A stretch of DNA of 20,801 bases from Trueperaceae bacterium (GTDB lineage Bacteria; Deinococcota; Deinococci; Deinococcales; Trueperaceae), in contig DASSXV010000024.1 in the NCBI GenBank assembly GCA_035703635.1, positions 1 through 20,801 on the forward strand, in the 5' to 3' direction. The notes under the pieces are model-generated. The model made no database searches and was not told the origin of the DNA. It saw nothing but the letters and a program-made list of their open reading frames with translations. Numbering within the stretch: the stretch's first letter is position 1; each line of letters starts with the position of its first letter. Position numbers and translations under genes: made by a program. This document shows positions 17,676-20,801 of the stretch, piece after piece.

Positions 17676-18679
17676 AAGGAGATCCGCGGGTTCAGCAAGG
17701 TGTAGAGCGCGTCCACGACCAAGTTGGCGGCCACGTAGGTCAAGGCGTAGAGCATGACCGCTGCCTGCACCACGACATAATCGCGCGCGAAGATGGAACT
17801 CACGACGAGCCGGCCTAAACCGGGCCAAGCGAAGATCGTCTCGACGATCATATTGCCCCCAAGCAGTTCGCCGAACTGCAGGCCCGTGACGGTGAGGGCG
17901 GGGATGAGGGCGTTGCGTAAGGCGTGCTTGATGATGACCGACCACTCACGCAGGCCCTTGGCTCGCGCGGTAGTAACGAAGTCCTTGCTTAGCACCTCGA
18001 GCATGGACGCGCGGATGACGCGCGCCAGCACGGCCGCGAAGACCACGCCGAGGGTAATGGCGGGCAGCACGAGGTGCTTGAGGGCCACGCCGAACGCCCG
18101 CAGGTCTTTGGCTAGGAGTGTGTCTATGAGCATGAAGCCGGTGGTGCGATCGACGACCATGGTCGCCGCGATGCGGCCCGACGTGGGAAAGAGCTTGAGC
18201 TCGACGGCGAACAGCAGGATGAGTAGCAGTCCGAACCAGAACGCTGGCATGCTCACACCGACAAGTGCGCCGGAGAGCACGGAGCGGTCCACAATGGAGC
18301 CTGCGCGCAGGGCGCTGATGATGCCGACTGGCAAGGCGATCAAGATGGCGACGAGCACGGTGGCCATCGTCAGTTCGATCGTGGCCGGCAGGGTGTCGGC
18401 TATCAGCTTCACGACCGGCGCGTTCTTGACGAAGCTCACGCCGAGGTCTCCGCGGAGCACGCCTGCGAGGAACAGCGCCAGTTGTGTGATGAGCGGTTTG
18501 TCGAGGTTGAGCTGGTTGCGTAATGAGTCGATCTGTTGTTGCGTTACTTGGGTCTCGCCGAGCATGATCTCGACGGGGTCACCGGGAAGGAAGCGGAGGA
18601 ACATGAACGCGAGGACCGCGACCCCTATGGCGACTGGGATGGCGGAGAGCACGCGTTCGAGTAGCTTCGTCAGTCGCAT
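17672..18679 (-). CDS. Peptide/nickel ABC permease (DppB/OppB-like)
   Basis: LPGDPV, GDLGVS, PATIEL, DFVTTARAKGL, KHALRNALIP, VETIFAWPGLG; GAAGGA SD before ATG 18679. Confidence 0.92.
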   Translation of the reverse strand: MRLTKLLERVLSAIPVAIGVAVLAFMFLRFLPGDPVEIMLGETQVTQQQIDSLRNQLNLDKPLITQLALFLAGVLRGDLGVSFVKNAPVVKLIADTLPATIELTMATVLVAILIALPVGIISALRAGSIVDRSVLSGALVGVSMPAFWFGLLLILLFAVELKLFPTSGRIAATMVVDRTTGFMLIDTLLAKDLRAFGVALKHLVLPAITLGVVFAAVLARVIRASMLEVLSKDFVTTARAKGLREWSVIIKHALRNALIPALTVTGLQFGELLGGNMIVETIFAWPGLGRLVVSSIFARDYVVVQAAVMLYALTYVAANLVVDALYTLLNPRISL

Positions 18680-18727
18680 TCGTGTCCTTCGCCCCGGTTG
18701 CGGTTCAGCTTGCGCTCGTGCGGCGCG

Positions 18728-18765
18728 GCCAGGTGGCGCCCCAGGAACTTGGGGCGCCACCTGGC
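18728..18765 (-). other. Intercistronic 16-bp perfect hairpin after the binding-protein gene
   Basis: GCCAGGTGGCGCCCCA-GGAACT-TGGGGCGCCACCTGGC; no U-tract. Confidence 0.8.
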
Positions 18766-18775
18766 TGGCGTGTAA

Positions 18776-20287
18776 CTAGTTGGTGTCGTACCCGGCTTGC
18801 TTTAGGAGCTCCTTGGCCTTGGCGGGGTCGTAAGGGTAGGGAGCGAGATCCTGAGCGTAACCGAACCCGCTCGGCAGGAAGGGCGTTGCTAGCCGGTCGG
18901 CGTAGCCGCGGTAGATGTTGGTGAGAATGCTGTCCCAGTCGATGGCGTAGTTGATGGCCTGACGCACGCGGGTGTCGTTGAACGGCGCGGTGGAGTTGTT
19001 GAGTTCGATCTGGTACGCGCGCGTGCCGAGGGCGGTGTGCACGCTCACGCCGGGCACGCTCGAGAGGCGCTCCACGAGGTCGGGTGGGACGGCCTGGATG
19101 ATCTGGACTTCACCGGCAAGGAGGGAGGCGATGCGGGTGGATGCTTCCGGCATCATCTGCCACACGACGGCCTTGAGTTTGGGAGCGCCGTTCCAGTGGG
19201 TCTGGTTCGCCTCGATGACGACTTGCGCGTCGAGCGCGCCGCGGGCGTACACGAACGGACCGGAGCCGATGGGCGCGGCCGTGAAGGTGGCTACCCCAAC
19301 TTCGGTGATGTAGTCCTTGGGAACTATCTGGAAGTGGGTGAGGGCCTGGAGCACTAGTTCCTGAGGGAAGGTGTTCTTGTACACGAGGCGGACGGTGTTG
19401 GCGTCGACCTTCTCAGCGTGACTTATCGGGCCGAGCAAGCCAGCGCGTGGGCTGGAGGCGCCGTCGATGCCGCCCTCGGTGAGGATGCGGTCGAAGGTGA
19501 AGACGACGTCGTCGGCGTCGAGCACCTCGCCGTTGCTGAACTTGACGTCTGGGCGGAGGTCGAACTCGTAGGTTAGGGGGTCTACCACGCGCCACGCGGT
19601 GGCTAGGTGAGGCTGCACCTTGCCGTCGGCGCTTGGGATGGTGAGGGCGTCGAAGATGTTGCGCAGGAAGGCCTCGTTGTCGCGGTCGCGGTACATGGCC
19701 GGATCGAGGGTGACGAGCGCGTTCGTGCGCAGACCGATGACGAGGGTGTCGGACCCGTCTACCGTGGTGAGGTGGAAGTTCTCGCTATTGTCCGCAGCTG
19801 GCTCCCAGCCGTGCACGCTGTCTGAGGACGCTTCGATGTTCTGCAGCACGTACCCGAAGGCAAGGGGGGCGTCAGCTAGGATCTGGCGCTGCGCAGTCAG
19901 GTACGCGGCGGCGCGGGCGGAGTCGTCGATTGACGTGGAGGCAACGCGGAAGGCTTCGTCGACCACGTCACTCGAGTAGAAGGAGTAGTTGCCGCGGTCT
20001 TTTGTGCGGAGCTTGGGGATGGCGAGGTCGAATGGGTCGAAGTACGCGCTGCCCCAGTCGGTTGCCGAGGCCGTGCGGTTCCCGGCGATCATCTCCTCTT
20101 TGAGGACCGTGGACTGCCAGATGCGCAGCGAGGCGTCGATGCCGATGGCTTGCAGCTGCGCGACGATGGCCTGACCTTCGTCGCTGCGGTTCTCCGCGAC
20201 GTCAAGCACGAACGTTAGTTTCTCTGCGTAGGCCGATGCGAAGAGCAGCGCGGCCAAGGGCACTAACAACCACTTCAAACGATGCAT
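18776..20287 (-). CDS. Family-5 ABC substrate-binding protein, circularly permuted
   Basis: GAAGGAGG SD; signal peptide ending in ASAYA; TLDP, YEFDLRPDVKFSNGEVLDADDVVFTFDR, PIGSGPF, DTRVRQAINYAID, YDPAKAKELLKQAGY. Confidence 0.9.
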   Translation of the reverse strand: MHRLKWLLVPLAALLFASAYAEKLTFVLDVAENRSDEGQAIVAQLQAIGIDASLRIWQSTVLKEEMIAGNRTASATDWGSAYFDPFDLAIPKLRTKDRGNYSFYSSDVVDEAFRVASTSIDDSARAAAYLTAQRQILADAPLAFGYVLQNIEASSDSVHGWEPAADNSENFHLTTVDGSDTLVIGLRTNALVTLDPAMYRDRDNEAFLRNIFDALTIPSADGKVQPHLATAWRVVDPLTYEFDLRPDVKFSNGEVLDADDVVFTFDRILTEGGIDGASSPRAGLLGPISHAEKVDANTVRLVYKNTFPQELVLQALTHFQIVPKDYITEVGVATFTAAPIGSGPFVYARGALDAQVVIEANQTHWNGAPKLKAVVWQMMPEASTRIASLLAGEVQIIQAVPPDLVERLSSVPGVSVHTALGTRAYQIELNNSTAPFNDTRVRQAINYAIDWDSILTNIYRGYADRLATPFLPSGFGYAQDLAPYPYDPAKAKELLKQAGYDTN

Positions 20288-20369
20288 GCCGTCCTCCTTC
20301 ACCCACCGGCCTTGGACGGCGGGGTGGTGCGCCACCTGTCGTACGGCGGCCTCCAGCTATGTACACGTT

Positions 20370-20399
20370 CTGTTGTAAGAACATACGTGTCTGCAACAG
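20370..20399. promoter_or_regulatory. Palindromic operator 2 (probable RpiR site)
   Basis: CTGTTGTAAGAACATACGTGTCTGCAACAG; arms match operator 1. Confidence 0.6.
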
Positions 20400-20409
20400 C
20401 CGTTGTCAA
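20380..20409 (-). promoter_or_regulatory. Sigma70-type promoter of the ABC operon
   Basis: TTGACA-N18-TATGTT on the minus strand, overlapping operator 2. Confidence 0.5.
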
Positions 20410-20466
20410 CAGCGATTAGGCCTTGCGCACGGCGGCCCATGTGACTCGACTGAACCACGGCTGCGG

Positions 20467-20496
20467 TTGACCCTATAGGGACGAATTGCTTACACT
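20467..20496 (+). promoter_or_regulatory. tRNA promoter
   Basis: TTGACC-N18-TACACT, 31 nt upstream of the tRNA. Confidence 0.55.
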
Positions 20497-20527
20497 GACC
20501 AACGTTCGCGCGTCACGCGGGCATGTT

Positions 20528-20603
<76 letters not shown>

Positions 20604-20636
20604 TCTCTTCCTAAAACAACTATATGACAATAGTTT

Positions 20637-20672
20637 ATCGCTGAAAACAAAGTTTTCGGCGATCGGAACTTC
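20637..20672 (+). terminator. Possible intrinsic terminator after the tRNA
   Basis: Stem-loop ATCGCTGAAAAC-AAA-GTTTTCGGCGAT followed by a weak T-rich tail. Confidence 0.4.
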
Positions 20673-20801
20673 TTTGGCTTTCCGCGCATTTTACCGGCAA
20701 TTCCAATCTTTATGGGCTGCTCGGCGTGCGCGCGATTTTTACTCTTGTCTCCACAATCGTATGTGCGGTGATTCTGTTCGTCGCAGGCCTTGTTGTCGTG
20801 G

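Noticed and set aside
16783-17945. Long N-terminal extensions of the C26 hydrolase and DppC-like ORFs
   Set aside because: They overlap upstream genes out of frame; coupled starts at 16782 and 17675 fit better.
17793-18779. 328-aa plus-strand ORF
   Set aside because: Antisense shadow of the DppB-like permease; Ser/Thr/Arg-rich with no motifs.
20471-20480. Perfect palindrome CCCTATAGGG in the tRNA promoter spacer
   Set aside because: Single 10-bp occurrence with no supporting context.

Overview
GC-rich bacterial window. Several genes have a TANNNT -10 box 6-8 nt before the start codon and no SD, which suggests Deinococcota (inference). Left part: a truncated secreted DUF4139-type gene, nagA, an acidic small protein, a RimJ-like GNAT, an ABC exporter pair, an SRPBCC protein, lhgO and a PhnB/VOC protein. 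Middle: two uncharacterised secreted proteins, a 912-aa NTPase-TPR-wHTH-BTAD activator and a small divergent ORF. The promoters on either side of the activator share an identical TTAAG direct-repeat architecture. Right part: a catabolic island of two convergent operons (AtuA/DUF1446 + DUF4387 + RpiR regulator; family-5 binding protein + two permeases + peptidase C26 gamma-glutamyl hydrolase) that share an operator-like palindrome. The binding protein appears circularly permuted. The window ends with a tRNA-Lys(CTT) that has a mismatched acceptor stem, followed by an AT-richer stretch, a possible integration site.
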